The notes under the pieces are model-generated. The model did no database searches. It was not told where the DNA came from and saw only the letters and a program-made list of their open reading frames with translations. Below are positions 39,740-49,925 of a DNA stretch of 64,000 bases, one piece after another. Source of the DNA: Bacteroidota bacterium (GTDB lineage Bacteria > Bacteroidota > JABWAT01); assembly GCA_020161835.1 (NCBI GenBank), contig JAIUNL010000012.1:35081-99080 (forward strand), written 5' to 3'. The translations under genes and the position numbers were made by a program. Within the stretch, counting starts at the first letter, position 1, and each line of letters begins with the position of its first letter.

Positions 39740-41071
39740 TTGGTGATTGCGGCTTTTTTCTTATTATTGAATGTTGTTTCACTAAGTTGGGAATTTTCCC
39801 TTTTGGATAGTTATCAGTTAATCCTTCTAGCAGTATTCATCCTCTGTATTGCCCTTTCCTTTTTTTTAAGCGGATCAGAAGTTGCCTTCTTTTCACTGAA
39901 GTCTGATCAGGTTAATCGTCTCAGCAAAAGCGAAAAACAAGGTGAGAGAACAATTTCTCTTATTCTGTCTGATTCACAAAAACTTCTTGTCACGATTTTA
40001 CTCGCAAATAATGTGGTAAACGTGCTGGCTTCAATCATTGCCGTCACTCTTACCTATGACTTTCTTCAGGAAATTCTGGTTGATCCGTTTTTGGTGATCA
40101 TTTTTAACGTTGTGATCATGACTTTTATTTTGCTTATCCTCTCAGAAATTACCCCAAAAATTCTGGGTGCCCAGCTTTCAGTCAGGTATGCTGCATTTGC
40201 TGCCCCTCTCATGCTGGTGATTTTGTTTTTTTCTACGCCGTTTGTCTGGTTAATCATGCGTTTAACCCGCTGGGTTCACCTCCCCTTTCAGTCTGCAGAA
40301 AAAATTTCAAACAGTGATCTCAAAACCATAGCTGATGTCGTTCATGAACACGGAAGCATTGAAGAAGATGAAAAGAATATGATTTCATCTCTTGCCGGTT
40401 TCTCTGAAAGAACCGTAAACGAAATCATGATTTCACGTGTGGATATGGTTGCTGTTGAGTCTGATTCAGATTATCAGACCGTGATGGAAACTGTCAGGCA
40501 AAGCGGACACTCCCGGATTCCTGTTTTTACCGAATCTCTTGATAACATCAATGGCATTCTGTATGCAAAAGACCTGATTCCTTTTCTCGCAGCCGAAAAT
40601 GAAACAACATCATTTAAAATCGAAAAATTGATCAGGCAACCCCTTTTTATTCCGGAAGGCAAAAAGGTCAGTGATCTGCTCAAGGAATTTCAGCTTAAAA
40701 AAATGCACATTGCAATTGTTGTCGATGAATATGGCGGTACGGCAGGTATCGTAACTCTTGATGATGTGATCGCTGAAATTATTGGTGAAATTCATGATGA
40801 GCACGACATTGAGCAACCTTTGTATAAACAACTTGCACCCAATATCTGGCTTTTTGACGGTAAAACTCCCGTTGATATTGCTGAGGAAGTTCTGGCGTTA
40901 AGCCTTCAAACCCATGATGATGGATTTGAAACTCTCGCTGGTTTTATTTTATCGCTTTCGGGTACAATTCCGAAAGAAAAAGCAATGTACAAACAAGGCC
41001 CGGCTGATTTTATTGTCGAACAGATGGAAGGCCGGCGGATTGCTAAAATCAAGGTTATTTTGCGTGATTAA
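39740..41071 (+). CDS. CNNM/CorC-family hemolysin-like protein (DUF21 + CBS pair + CorC_HlyC)
   Basis: N-terminal 4-TM DUF21 pattern, a CBS pair region and a C-terminal transporter-associated domain. TTG or GTG start. Confidence 0.85.
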   Translation: MVIAAFFLLLNVVSLSWEFSLLDSYQLILLAVFILCIALSFFLSGSEVAFFSLKSDQVNRLSKSEKQGERTISLILSDSQKLLVTILLANNVVNVLASIIAVTLTYDFLQEILVDPFLVIIFNVVIMTFILLILSEITPKILGAQLSVRYAAFAAPLMLVILFFSTPFVWLIMRLTRWVHLPFQSAEKISNSDLKTIADVVHEHGSIEEDEKNMISSLAGFSERTVNEIMISRVDMVAVESDSDYQTVMETVRQSGHSRIPVFTESLDNINGILYAKDLIPFLAAENETTSFKIEKLIRQPLFIPEGKKVSDLLKEFQLKKMHIAIVVDEYGGTAGIVTLDDVIAEIIGEIHDEHDIEQPLYKQLAPNIWLFDGKTPVDIAEEVLALSLQTHDDGFETLAGFILSLSGTIPKEKAMYKQGPADFIVEQMEGRRIAKIKVILRD

Positions 41072-41405
41072 CCGCATTGGTTTTCTCGTGTTATTTTTCC
41101 TTTTTCCCCTTCAAATTCTGGCACAAGATGTTCCAGATTCAGTAAAAACAACTTCTGACCCCTGGTTTGGTAGTGATAAAGTCAAACATTTTACTCTGAG
41201 TTATTTTCTTACAGTTGCCGGAACAGTTGTGATCAAAAAGGAGACACAGTCTTCTCATCCTGAAATCCCTGCTGCTGCCGGAGTTTTACTTCTTGGCATC
41301 GGGAAAGAAATCAGAGATGGACTTACACCGGGGAACCATTTTTGCCTCAAAGATCTTATCTGGGATGTTGCCGGTTTGACTCTTGCAGTGGGATTATTAA
41401 AATGA
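41064..41405 (+). CDS. YfiM/DUF2279-like small lipoprotein
   Basis: GSDKVKHFTLSYFL and KDLIWDVAGLTLA match my recollection of E. coli YfiM (GKDKAQHF..., KDLAWDVAG). GTG start at 41064 overlaps the upstream stop. Confidence 0.65.
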   Translation: MINRIGFLVLFFLFPLQILAQDVPDSVKTTSDPWFGSDKVKHFTLSYFLTVAGTVVIKKETQSSHPEIPAAAGVLLLGIGKEIRDGLTPGNHFCLKDLIWDVAGLTLAVGLLK

Positions 41406-42445
41406 AACATCCTTTTTTTGAAGTTGAAGGAATTATTCACCTTCATTCCCGTTACAGTGATGGTTCGGGCGAAGTACCTGATATCATGAAAGATGCTCAG
41501 GAAAGTCTGCTTGATTTCGTCATTTTTACCGACCATAACACACTTCGCCCCAAAAAAGATGGATGGGAAGGCTGGTACGGAAATTCTCTGGCGGTTTTTG
41601 GATGTGAACTCAACGACAAAAATGATCAGAATCATCTTCTGGTTGTCGGTGTGGATGACATCATCCATAAAAATAAATCAGCACCAGAATATGTCACTGA
41701 AGTAGTTAACGGTGGTGGCGTTTGCTTCCTCGCACATCCGCATGAAAAAAGATCGACATTGCCCCAATATCCGCCATACCCCTGGACCGCCTGGGATTCT
41801 AAAGATTTTACCGGCATCGAAATCTGGAATCACATGTCTGACTGGATGGAAGGACTGACTGACGAAAATAAATATCAGCGGTTCATTCACCCGCTTCGCT
41901 CCCTTTTGGTTCCACCAACAGAAACTCTTTCAAAGTGGGATGAACTCAACCGTGAACGTCTTGTTGTTGGTATTGGTGGTTCAGACTGTCATGCCATCGA
42001 ACAGGAAGTAATGGGTGTAACCGTTCAGGTTTTCCCTTACAAAGTTGCCTTCAGAGCGGTAAGAACACACTTACTTCTTGAAAAACCACTTTCAAAAGCA
42101 AATTCAATCGAAGCAAATATTGCACTAATTGTTGATGCTTTAAAAAAGGGCAGATGTTTTATTGTCAATCATTACCGGGGTGCAGGTAAAGGATTTCGGT
42201 TCTGGCTGGAAGGTGCAAAAACTTCTTTATTCCCGGGTGACCGGCATGCTGCCGGAACTTTTACAGCTAAAATATTTTCACCTGAAAAACGGCAAATCCG
42301 GCTTTTAAAAGATGGCCGGATTATTTTTACCGCTCAGGAGAGCGATCACCTCGTTTTCCCGGTTTCAGAACCGGGTGTTTACCGTACCGAACTCTTTTTC
42401 GGAGAAACCGGCTGGATTTACAGCAATCCGATTACGTTGGTCTAA
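41402..42445 (+). CDS. PHP-domain metal-dependent phosphoesterase-like protein
   Basis: HLHSRYSDGSG and FTDHN motifs. ATGA overlap at 41402-41405. The upstream part of the track ORF is treated as a non-coding extension. Confidence 0.7.
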   Translation: MKHPFFEVEGIIHLHSRYSDGSGEVPDIMKDAQESLLDFVIFTDHNTLRPKKDGWEGWYGNSLAVFGCELNDKNDQNHLLVVGVDDIIHKNKSAPEYVTEVVNGGGVCFLAHPHEKRSTLPQYPPYPWTAWDSKDFTGIEIWNHMSDWMEGLTDENKYQRFIHPLRSLLVPPTETLSKWDELNRERLVVGIGGSDCHAIEQEVMGVTVQVFPYKVAFRAVRTHLLLEKPLSKANSIEANIALIVDALKKGRCFIVNHYRGAGKGFRFWLEGAKTSLFPGDRHAAGTFTAKIFSPEKRQIRLLKDGRIIFTAQESDHLVFPVSEPGVYRTELFFGETGWIYSNPITLV

Positions 42446-42536
42446 ACACCATTTCCTTTTTCTTTCCATCGAAAAATTGTATTTTCGCACGATATTTCTT
42501 AACTGCGACCCTCAGTTCAATTTAATCCGGAAGATT

Positions 42537-44057
42537 ATGTCCTCCAACTCTCCGAACCAGACAAATGACAATCCGATGTCTCTTGATAAGCCACAGGAAT
42601 ATTGCGGTATTTTTGGAATTTTCAACCATCCGAATGCTGCTGTTCTTACTTATTACGGACTCCATGCACTTCAGCATAGGGGCCAGGAAGCAGCCGGGAT
42701 TGTAACCGTAAGCAAAGATCCTGAAAAGAAAAAGAAGCAAATGAATGCTTACCGGGGTTTGGGATTGGTAACAGATGTGTTCAGAAATCCGAAATTATGG
42801 GAAGATATTCTTAAAGGAGACATGGCTATTGGCCATAACCGGTATTCAACTTCCGGTTCATCGAATAAAATTGCCAATATTCAACCGTTTCAGGTTCATT
42901 ATAAAAGTGGCAACATTGCTCTTGGCCACAACGGAAATTTGTCAAACATCCGTGAAATCAGAAACCGGCTGATTGAAGAAGGTACCATTTTTCAATCTTC
43001 AACCGATTCTGAAGTTTTTCTTCACCTGATCGCAAAATCGATCGAACATGATCAGGTTGCCCAAATCCGCCATGCCTTGCTGCAGGTGAAAGGCGCCTAT
43101 TGTCTGGTTATTCTCACTGAAGACAAACTGATTGCAGTTCGTGACCCGAACGGTTTCCGGCCATTGAGTCTTGGAATTAAAGATGGTGCTTACGTGGTTG
43201 CCAGTGAAACATGTGCATTTGACATTATTGGTGCAGAATACATCAGGGAAATTGAACATGGCGAAATGCTCGTCATTGACCGTGACGAAAATAATGAAGT
43301 CAGAATGCAGTCTTATTATCTTCCCCGCCCGGAAAGAACTTCAAAATGTATCTTTGAATTTGTCTATTTTTCACGTCCTGACAGTAAAATCTTTGGAGAA
43401 TCGGTGGATAAAGTCCGCCGGAAACTCGGGAAAAATCTGGCTCTTGAAACTCCGGTAAAAACGGAAGGTGACGAAAAAGTATTCGTTATTTCGGTTCCCG
43501 ATTCATCAAACACGGCAACGCTTGGTTTTGTGACTGAATCGCAGAAACAGGGAATCAATGCCCGGTATGAACTTGGCCTGATCAGAAACCATTATGTTGG
43601 CCGTACATTCATCCATCCTGAAGAAAGTGGTCGTGGGCTAAAAGTCCGTACCAAATTCAATCCGGTTCGTGGGGTGATTGAAGGACGTAAAATTGTGGTG
43701 GTTGATGATTCAATCGTTCGTGGAACCACTTCAGAAAACCTGATGAAGCTCATCAGAGAAGCAAATCCGAAAGAAATCCATTTCCGGGTTTCATCTCCGC
43801 CAATTAAATTTCCGTGTTATTATGGCCTTGATTTTCCTGATCCTGAAAAACTAATCGCCAATGAATGTGGCGGTGACATTAAAAAAATTGCAGAGAAAAT
43901 CGGTGTTGATACACTCGAATATTTATCACTTGAAGGTATGGTTTCTGCCTGCGGTTTTGACGGTGATCCTGAAAAATCAGGATTCTGCACAGCTTGTTTC
44001 AGCGGAAAATATCCGGTTAGCATAGAAGAGGGCATCGGAAAAGAGGAAAATGACTGA
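42537..44057 (+). CDS. purF: Amidophosphoribosyltransferase
   Basis: Ntn Cys in EYCGIFGI, PRTase loop VVVDDSIVRGTT, and C-terminal Cys ligands (CYYGLDFP, CTACFSGKYP). The start may be ATG 42576, which would give a shorter propeptide. Confidence 0.95.
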   Translation: MSSNSPNQTNDNPMSLDKPQEYCGIFGIFNHPNAAVLTYYGLHALQHRGQEAAGIVTVSKDPEKKKKQMNAYRGLGLVTDVFRNPKLWEDILKGDMAIGHNRYSTSGSSNKIANIQPFQVHYKSGNIALGHNGNLSNIREIRNRLIEEGTIFQSSTDSEVFLHLIAKSIEHDQVAQIRHALLQVKGAYCLVILTEDKLIAVRDPNGFRPLSLGIKDGAYVVASETCAFDIIGAEYIREIEHGEMLVIDRDENNEVRMQSYYLPRPERTSKCIFEFVYFSRPDSKIFGESVDKVRRKLGKNLALETPVKTEGDEKVFVISVPDSSNTATLGFVTESQKQGINARYELGLIRNHYVGRTFIHPEESGRGLKVRTKFNPVRGVIEGRKIVVVDDSIVRGTTSENLMKLIREANPKEIHFRVSSPPIKFPCYYGLDFPDPEKLIANECGGDIKKIAEKIGVDTLEYLSLEGMVSACGFDGDPEKSGFCTACFSGKYPVSIEEGIGKEEND

Positions 44058-45084
44058 TCCTGCTTCTCCAAATCAGAAAAGTTTGTCAATTCCTTTCGAA
44101 GGTGATAATGAAGAAAGCCCGGCAGGTGTGTTTTCGCCGGTGAGAAATTATCGCTGGATGATTCTGGATTTGATTTTTTTGATGAGACCGACTCAGTTTT
44201 TTCCGATTTGGGCAACTTTGGTTGCCGGTTTTCTCGTTCCGCAGCTTTCTCTTCAATCAGCACCCTGGTTTTCTTTAAACTTTTCATATGAATTCTGGAT
44301 AACCCTGCTGAGTGTTTCACTTGGCAGCGGTGCCGTTTTTATTTACAATCAGATCGAAGATGTTGAGACTGACCGGATCAACGGGAAACTCATGATCCTG
44401 AATAACGATCTGGTCAATGAACAGGTTGCAATGTGGTTCGGTCATGGAATTGCTGCTGCTTCTTTGTTTCTTGCCGCAAGTGTAAGTCTTTCACTTTTAT
44501 ATATTTACATTGGTTGTGGCATCCTCGGTCTGGTGTATAATTTCTATCCGTTTTCTCTTAAAAATAATCCGTACTCTGCCATTCTTGTTAATTCACTTGG
44601 CGGATTTTTATGCTTTCTTGCCGGATCAGTGACTGTTTCTGATTCATTGTTGGGTCTTATCGGAACTGCAATTCCTTACGGACTCGCCTGGGGGGCAGTT
44701 TTTGCACTCGTAACTGTTCCTGATCAGGTTGGTGACCGGAAAACCGGAAAAAAAACACTTACAGTTGCAAGGGGGGAAACCTTTACCCGTCAGTTTGCCT
44801 TTGTTAGTACTATTTTGGCGGTTGGTATTTCAGCTTTTAATGGTGACCCCATTTTTCTTTTTGCGGGTTTGGTTTCACTCCCGTTCTATTTTCAAATTTT
44901 AAAAGCTGAAAACGGTTCAGGCGTTTTTTTACCGGTGAAACTTTCATTTGTTATTCTCCTTTTAGGCTCATCAATCTTCATTCCGGTTTTTTTTCTTCTG
45001 AATTCAGTTAACTTTGCAATTTGCCGGTTATATTACCGGTTCAGGTTTCGCCTTGATTATCCAAGTTTCTCTCCTGTACAATGA
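44050..45084 (+). CDS. UbiA-family prenyltransferase, substrate unknown
   Basis: About 8-9 TM segments, with Asp-rich motifs NQIEDVETD and DQVGDRKTGKKTL. Overlaps the purF stop by 8 nt. Confidence 0.75.
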   Translation: MTDPASPNQKSLSIPFEGDNEESPAGVFSPVRNYRWMILDLIFLMRPTQFFPIWATLVAGFLVPQLSLQSAPWFSLNFSYEFWITLLSVSLGSGAVFIYNQIEDVETDRINGKLMILNNDLVNEQVAMWFGHGIAAASLFLAASVSLSLLYIYIGCGILGLVYNFYPFSLKNNPYSAILVNSLGGFLCFLAGSVTVSDSLLGLIGTAIPYGLAWGAVFALVTVPDQVGDRKTGKKTLTVARGETFTRQFAFVSTILAVGISAFNGDPIFLFAGLVSLPFYFQILKAENGSGVFLPVKLSFVILLLGSSIFIPVFFLLNSVNFAICRLYYRFRFRLDYPSFSPVQ

Positions 45085-45106
45085 AAAATAAAAACAGAAT
45101 TGCTTC

Positions 45107-45655
45107 ATGATTTTCCCAACTGATCGTTTCTGGACGATATCAAATTTATTCAGCCTTTCCCGGATTTTTATAGTCCTGCCGGCTGTTTGGATGTTATTTG
45201 AAAAAACACCATCCGGAAATTTGTGGGCTACCGTATTATTGGTTATTGCAGCCATAACTGATGGGCTGGATGGTTACATTGCCCGGAAATTTAACCAGGT
45301 TTCTGATTGGGGCAAAATACTTGATCCGCTTTCAGACAAAATCTGCATTACCACGGTAATTGTGGCTTTGCTCTGGCTGAATATTCTTCCTCTATGGTTT
45401 GTTGTTCTGGTTGCCGGGCGGGATGTATTGATTTTTATTGGTGGAATTTATTTCAAGAAACGGGTTGGCTACATTCCTATGAGTGTTCCAAGCGGAAAAT
45501 TTGCTGTCTTTTTTACAGGTTTTACACTTTTGTTCGCCATTCTGAATGTCGAACCCTGGTATCACTATTTCCTTTACCTCAGTGTTCTTCTGCTGTTATA
45601 TTCGTTCGGTGAATATTCTGTCAGAATGAGTCGCGAATTAAAAAAAGTCCCCTGA
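45107..45655 (+). CDS. CDP-alcohol phosphatidyltransferase family protein
   Basis: Signature DGLDGYIARKFNQVSDWGKILDPLSDK, which fits D-G-x2-A-R-x8-G-x3-D-x3-D. Confidence 0.85.
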   Translation: MIFPTDRFWTISNLFSLSRIFIVLPAVWMLFEKTPSGNLWATVLLVIAAITDGLDGYIARKFNQVSDWGKILDPLSDKICITTVIVALLWLNILPLWFVVLVAGRDVLIFIGGIYFKKRVGYIPMSVPSGKFAVFFTGFTLLFAILNVEPWYHYFLYLSVLLLLYSFGEYSVRMSRELKKVP

Positions 45656-45656
45656 A

Positions 45657-46628
45657 ATGCTAAAATGGTTTAACCGGCAGGAAGAAACTGCCCGAATTGA
45701 AAAAGGTCTCGACAAGACCAAACAATCCATCTTCGGAACCCTCCACAAATTCTTCCTTGGAAAACGTAAAGTTGATGACGCCTTTCTGGATGATCTTGAA
45801 GATATTCTGATTACCGGTGATGTCGGAGTGAAAACAACTCTCGAAATTATTGATCGCCTTCGTGATAAAGTTGCAAAAGAAGCCTTTACTTCAGAAGATG
45901 AACTGGTTGGCCAGCTTCATTCAACTGTTGTTGAAATTCTGAAATCGGGAATGAACGGCGTTGAATCTTTTGACCATTTTATGGATAAAAACGAAGGAAA
46001 GAAACCGTACGTTCTGCTGGTAGTAGGCGTGAATGGGGTGGGGAAAACCACAACAATTGGTAAGCTTGCACATTTATTCAATTCGCTCGGGAAAAAAGTT
46101 GTATTAGGTGCTGCCGATACATTTCGTGCGGCTGCTTCTGAGCAGCTTGGTATCTGGGCACAACGGGCGGGTGTCCGCATTGTTATTCATCAGGATGGAG
46201 CAGATCCGGCGTCTGTCGCCTTTGATACCGTTCAGTCTGCCATCGCAAGAAAAGAAGATATTGTCATTATTGATACGGCCGGCAGGTTACACAATAAACT
46301 GCACCTGATGGAAGAACTCAACAAGATCCAGCGGTCAGTTGAAAAAGTGCTTCCGGGCGCTCCGCACGATGTTTTTTTAGTTTTGGATGCTTCAACCGGA
46401 CAAAACGCCCTGGTTCAGGCCAGAGAATTTGCAAAAGTGGTTACCATTTCTGGTTTGGTTCTTACCAAACTGGATGGAACTGCAAAAGGTGGCATTGTAC
46501 TCGGAATTTGTAATGAAATGAAAACACCGGTCCGTTTTATCGGTATTGGTGAAAAAATAGATGATCTCCGGCCTTTTGATCCGGATATTTTCGTTGATGC
46601 ATTGTTTGAAGGTGTCGGGAAATCATGA
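45657..46628 (+). CDS. ftsY: Signal recognition particle receptor FtsY
   Basis: SRP GTPase motifs GVNGVGKTTT, DTAGR and TKLDGTAKGG. Confidence 0.95.
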   Translation: MLKWFNRQEETARIEKGLDKTKQSIFGTLHKFFLGKRKVDDAFLDDLEDILITGDVGVKTTLEIIDRLRDKVAKEAFTSEDELVGQLHSTVVEILKSGMNGVESFDHFMDKNEGKKPYVLLVVGVNGVGKTTTIGKLAHLFNSLGKKVVLGAADTFRAAASEQLGIWAQRAGVRIVIHQDGADPASVAFDTVQSAIARKEDIVIIDTAGRLHNKLHLMEELNKIQRSVEKVLPGAPHDVFLVLDASTGQNALVQAREFAKVVTISGLVLTKLDGTAKGGIVLGICNEMKTPVRFIGIGEKIDDLRPFDPDIFVDALFEGVGKS

Positions 46629-47956
46629 GTTTAACTGGTGTTCGGTCAATAAGTAAAAAAATTAAAAAAGGACAGTTCCCAACGGTGAATATTATTACCA
46701 TGGGCTGTTCAAAAAATCTGGTTGATTCAGAAGAAATGATGAGACAGTTTCAGGGAAACCAGTTTAAAATTTCTCAGGAACCTGAAGATGCCGATATCAT
46801 CATTATCAATACCTGTGGTTTTATCGATGCTGCAAAAGAAGAATCTATCAACACGATTCTGGATGCAGTTGATCTGAAGGAAAACGGAACTGTCAGTAAA
46901 GTTTTGGTGACCGGTTGTCTCATCGAAAGATTCAAATCAGATCTTGAACGAGAATTACCAGAGGTTGATAAATTTTTCGGAACAAACCAGTTAAATGCAG
47001 TTCTTGAAGAATTGGGAGCCGTTTATAAAAAAGAATTGGTTGGTGAACGGCTGATTACTACTCCCAAACATTTTGCCTACATGAAAATCAGTGAGGGATG
47101 TGATCATCCCTGTTCGTTTTGTGCCATTCCGTTGATGCGGGGCAAACACGTTTCAAAATCAATTGATCAAATTATCAAAGAAGCACAGTTTCTTGCCGGT
47201 CAGGGTGTTAAAGAATTGAATCTGATTGCTCAGGATCTGACCTATTATGGTATGGATCAGACCGGAAAAAGAACTCTGGCCCCGATGTTGCGCGAACTTG
47301 CTCAGGTAGATGGAATTGAGTGGATCCGGTTAAACTATGCCTATCCCAACAATTTCCCCATGGAAATGATTGAGGTAATGGCTTCAGAATCTAAAATATG
47401 CAATTACCTGGATATGCCGATTCAGCATCTGTCAAGTCAGGTTTTGAAGGATATGCGGCGGGGAATTACCCGTGAACGTACAGAAACTCTGATAAAAGAT
47501 ATCCGGTCAATTATTCCGGATATAACCTTAAGAACAACATTGATTGTCGGGTTTCCATCAGAAGGTGAAAAAGAGTTTGACGAACTTGCTGAAGGCATAC
47601 AAGAACTGAAATTTGACCGGTTAGGTACATTTACTTATTCTCAAGAAGAAAATACAACCGCAGTTCCGCTGGGTGACCCGGTTCCAAAAGAAGAAAAAGA
47701 ACGCCGTCAGAAGGCAATTATGGAAATTCAGGGAAAAATTTCCCGCACAAAAAATGAAGCAAAGATTGGTAAAACCCTGAAAGTTATTGTTGACCGGCAG
47801 GATGAAGACTGGCTGGTCGGGAGAACAGAAGCAGACGGACCTGAAGTTGATAATGAAGTGATTATTCAGGAAGGACATGCACTTCCCGGCACTTTTGTTC
47901 AGGTTGAAATTGTTGATGCTGAAGATTTTGACCTTTTTGGGCGGATTATTTCTTAA
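46625..47956 (+). CDS. rimO: Ribosomal protein S12 methylthiotransferase RimO
   Basis: Radical-SAM motif CDHPCSFCAIP, an MTTase N-domain (TMGCSKNLVDSE) and a C-terminal TRAM domain. ATGA overlap with ftsY. Confidence 0.9.
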   Translation: MSLTGVRSISKKIKKGQFPTVNIITMGCSKNLVDSEEMMRQFQGNQFKISQEPEDADIIIINTCGFIDAAKEESINTILDAVDLKENGTVSKVLVTGCLIERFKSDLERELPEVDKFFGTNQLNAVLEELGAVYKKELVGERLITTPKHFAYMKISEGCDHPCSFCAIPLMRGKHVSKSIDQIIKEAQFLAGQGVKELNLIAQDLTYYGMDQTGKRTLAPMLRELAQVDGIEWIRLNYAYPNNFPMEMIEVMASESKICNYLDMPIQHLSSQVLKDMRRGITRERTETLIKDIRSIIPDITLRTTLIVGFPSEGEKEFDELAEGIQELKFDRLGTFTYSQEENTTAVPLGDPVPKEEKERRQKAIMEIQGKISRTKNEAKIGKTLKVIVDRQDEDWLVGRTEADGPEVDNEVIIQEGHALPGTFVQVEIVDAEDFDLFGRIIS

Positions 47957-47988
47957 TTTGGTTAGTGCCAAACACAAAAACGATTGGA

Positions 47989-48090
47989 CACCTCTATAAA
48001 CCTCAACAATGTCATCCTCAACTTGATTGGGTTAACGCAGTTCTGCGAAGCTCATCCAATAAAAGGAAAATAATAAGGTTTTTAGAGGTG
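47989..48090. repeat. Inverted-repeat-bracketed element enclosing a degenerate GTCATCCT module
   Basis: cacctctataaacc (47989-48002) pairs with ggtttttagaggtg (48077-48090) at 13 of 14 positions. The module gtcatcctcaacttgattgggttaac begins at 48011. Confidence 0.6.
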
Positions 48091-48211
48091 CTCAACTGGT
48101 TTAAAACTTCTGTTACCAGCTTACTTTGAAGATTCTTTTAGAATAAATAAAATTACTTTGTATTTTTATCATAATTATCGCAATCACCTCAATTTTAGTT
48201 ATCGGTTCTGA

Positions 48212-48931
48212 ATGCTGAAAAGAATTAAGCAAGACTGGGCAGTTTTCATTGGAATTTGCAAACTCATAAAATTCGGTTTCATTTTTATTTCAAAAAAGGA
48301 TCCAAAACAGCAGGAACAGGTCATCCGGGATTGCTTTAAAGAATTGGTGAGATACTGGAAAGTTCAGATAACCGTTGAAGGTGCTGAACATGCAGATCAG
48401 AATGAACAGTACATCATCATTGCAAACCATCAGAGCCAGATGGATATCCCGGTTTTGTATGAAGCAATTCCGGTTCCCATGCGAATGGCTGCCAAGCACC
48501 AGTTATTTCAAATTCCGCTTTTTGGTTATTTTTTAAAACACGGCGGGTTTATTCCTATTTACCGTGGGAACAGCACAGCAGCAATCAGAGCTCTGAACCA
48601 ATCAAAAGAACTGTTTCAAAAAGGACTTTCACTTTTTATGGCACCAGAAGGAACCCGGTCAAAAACCGGTGACTTTCTTAAGTTTAAAAAAGGTCCCTTC
48701 GTGATGGCTATAGAACATCAGAAGCCCATTCTCCCGATTGTCCTTATTGGCACCCGGGATGTCGTCAGACATGGAAGTCTCCGCATTTATCCGGAATTTC
48801 CCATCCACGTGAAAATCTTGCCTCCGATACCGGTCAAAGGATTAACCTACAAAGACCGGGAAGCTTTACTTGAACGGGCATTCAATGAAATGTCGGCCGT
48901 TTATAAGGAAGGAACAAGGGATGTCAGGTAA
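48212..48931 (+). CDS. plsC: 1-acyl-sn-glycerol-3-phosphate acyltransferase
   Basis: HX4D motif NHQSQMD and PEGTRS. Confidence 0.85.
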   Translation: MLKRIKQDWAVFIGICKLIKFGFIFISKKDPKQQEQVIRDCFKELVRYWKVQITVEGAEHADQNEQYIIIANHQSQMDIPVLYEAIPVPMRMAAKHQLFQIPLFGYFLKHGGFIPIYRGNSTAAIRALNQSKELFQKGLSLFMAPEGTRSKTGDFLKFKKGPFVMAIEHQKPILPIVLIGTRDVVRHGSLRIYPEFPIHVKILPPIPVKGLTYKDREALLERAFNEMSAVYKEGTRDVR

Positions 48932-49925
48932 CCAATCAATCAATCTGACCTTTGATGACCAGCGGATTGTTTCTGCTCATCAGGGCTGGGACGAAATTTT
49001 AAACGAATTCAAAAAAAGCAGAGACATCCAAACCTGGATTTCTTCTACTGATTTTGATGTTTTTGAAACGAAATGGGATGAAAATAATCCATTTGACTGG
49101 TGTGTTAAGTTCTCAACGACTCTGGTAACAAGATATTACCATGTCACATTTTATCCGAAAGAACAATCTGTAACCATTACTCCTCTGATCAACTTTTTTG
49201 AGTATCAGGAGTATCTCACGATTGATTACAAAACACCCGGGATTAAAAAAACACTCAGTTCATTTCTTCATGATTTCAACAATCACCTGACTGTGTTGCT
49301 GCCAAATATGGAAGCGGCCCAGATGTTCAGTAATCAGGAAGCGAAAAATTATAAATATCTGGTTTCCTCAATGAAGGGAATGGATAATCTGAACGCATAT
49401 GCCAATCTGGTCTCTACTTTGTGCCGGTCACCCAGAGCCATGATCCGCTTTTTTTCGATCACTTCTCTGATGGCAGAAATCAAAAATGAAATTCAGGAAA
49501 AATACCCGGGTTTATCTGTTTCAATTTCAATTGAAGAAGATTTCAAAATCGCATTTTATCAGGAGTTTTTTAAAGATTTGATTCATGTTTTTCTGAAAAA
49601 TGCCTGGGAAAACAAACCAGATGACCAGATATCACTTGTTTTTGAACCTTTTACCCAACCCACCAGTCATTGCCTGCCAGATTTCGAATTAACCCGTGGT
49701 GATTATCTTCGGGTGAAGATTTTCCAAACTGCACCAGGACCGAATTTTGAAACCCGTACCAGAATGTATGATCCGTTTTTTACAACAAGAAGCAAAGGAA
49801 AAGATGAAGGTATTGGCCTGACACTTGCAAAAAATATGATGGACGGTGCAAACGGAACCTTAAAGTTTATTCCATCGTCTGATGCGTGTTATTTCCAATT
49901 AACCTTTCAGCGTGCTAAAACATGA
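48921..49925 (+). CDS. Soluble histidine-kinase-like protein with a degenerate G1 box
   Basis: H-box FLHDFNNHLTVL, N-box FLKNAWEN, F/G2 region YDPFFTTRSKGKDEGIGLTLAK. The G1 position reads FQTAPGP instead of DxGxG. No TM segment and no recognisable sensor domain. Start at ATG 48921. Confidence 0.6.
   Translation: MSGNQSINLTFDDQRIVSAHQGWDEILNEFKKSRDIQTWISSTDFDVFETKWDENNPFDWCVKFSTTLVTRYYHVTFYPKEQSVTITPLINFFEYQEYLTIDYKTPGIKKTLSSFLHDFNNHLTVLLPNMEAAQMFSNQEAKNYKYLVSSMKGMDNLNAYANLVSTLCRSPRAMIRFFSITSLMAEIKNEIQEKYPGLSVSISIEEDFKIAFYQEFFKDLIHVFLKNAWENKPDDQISLVFEPFTQPTSHCLPDFELTRGDYLRVKIFQTAPGPNFETRTRMYDPFFTTRSKGKDEGIGLTLAKNMMDGANGTLKFIPSSDACYFQLTFQRAKT

Noticed and set aside
42312-42536. N-terminal extensions of track ORFs (42312 for purF, 40914 for the YfiM-like gene, 41342 for the PHP gene)
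   Set aside because: The extensions overlap upstream genes or intergenic DNA and add non-homologous residues. Internal starts with ATGA/GTGA overlaps or conserved N-termini fit better.
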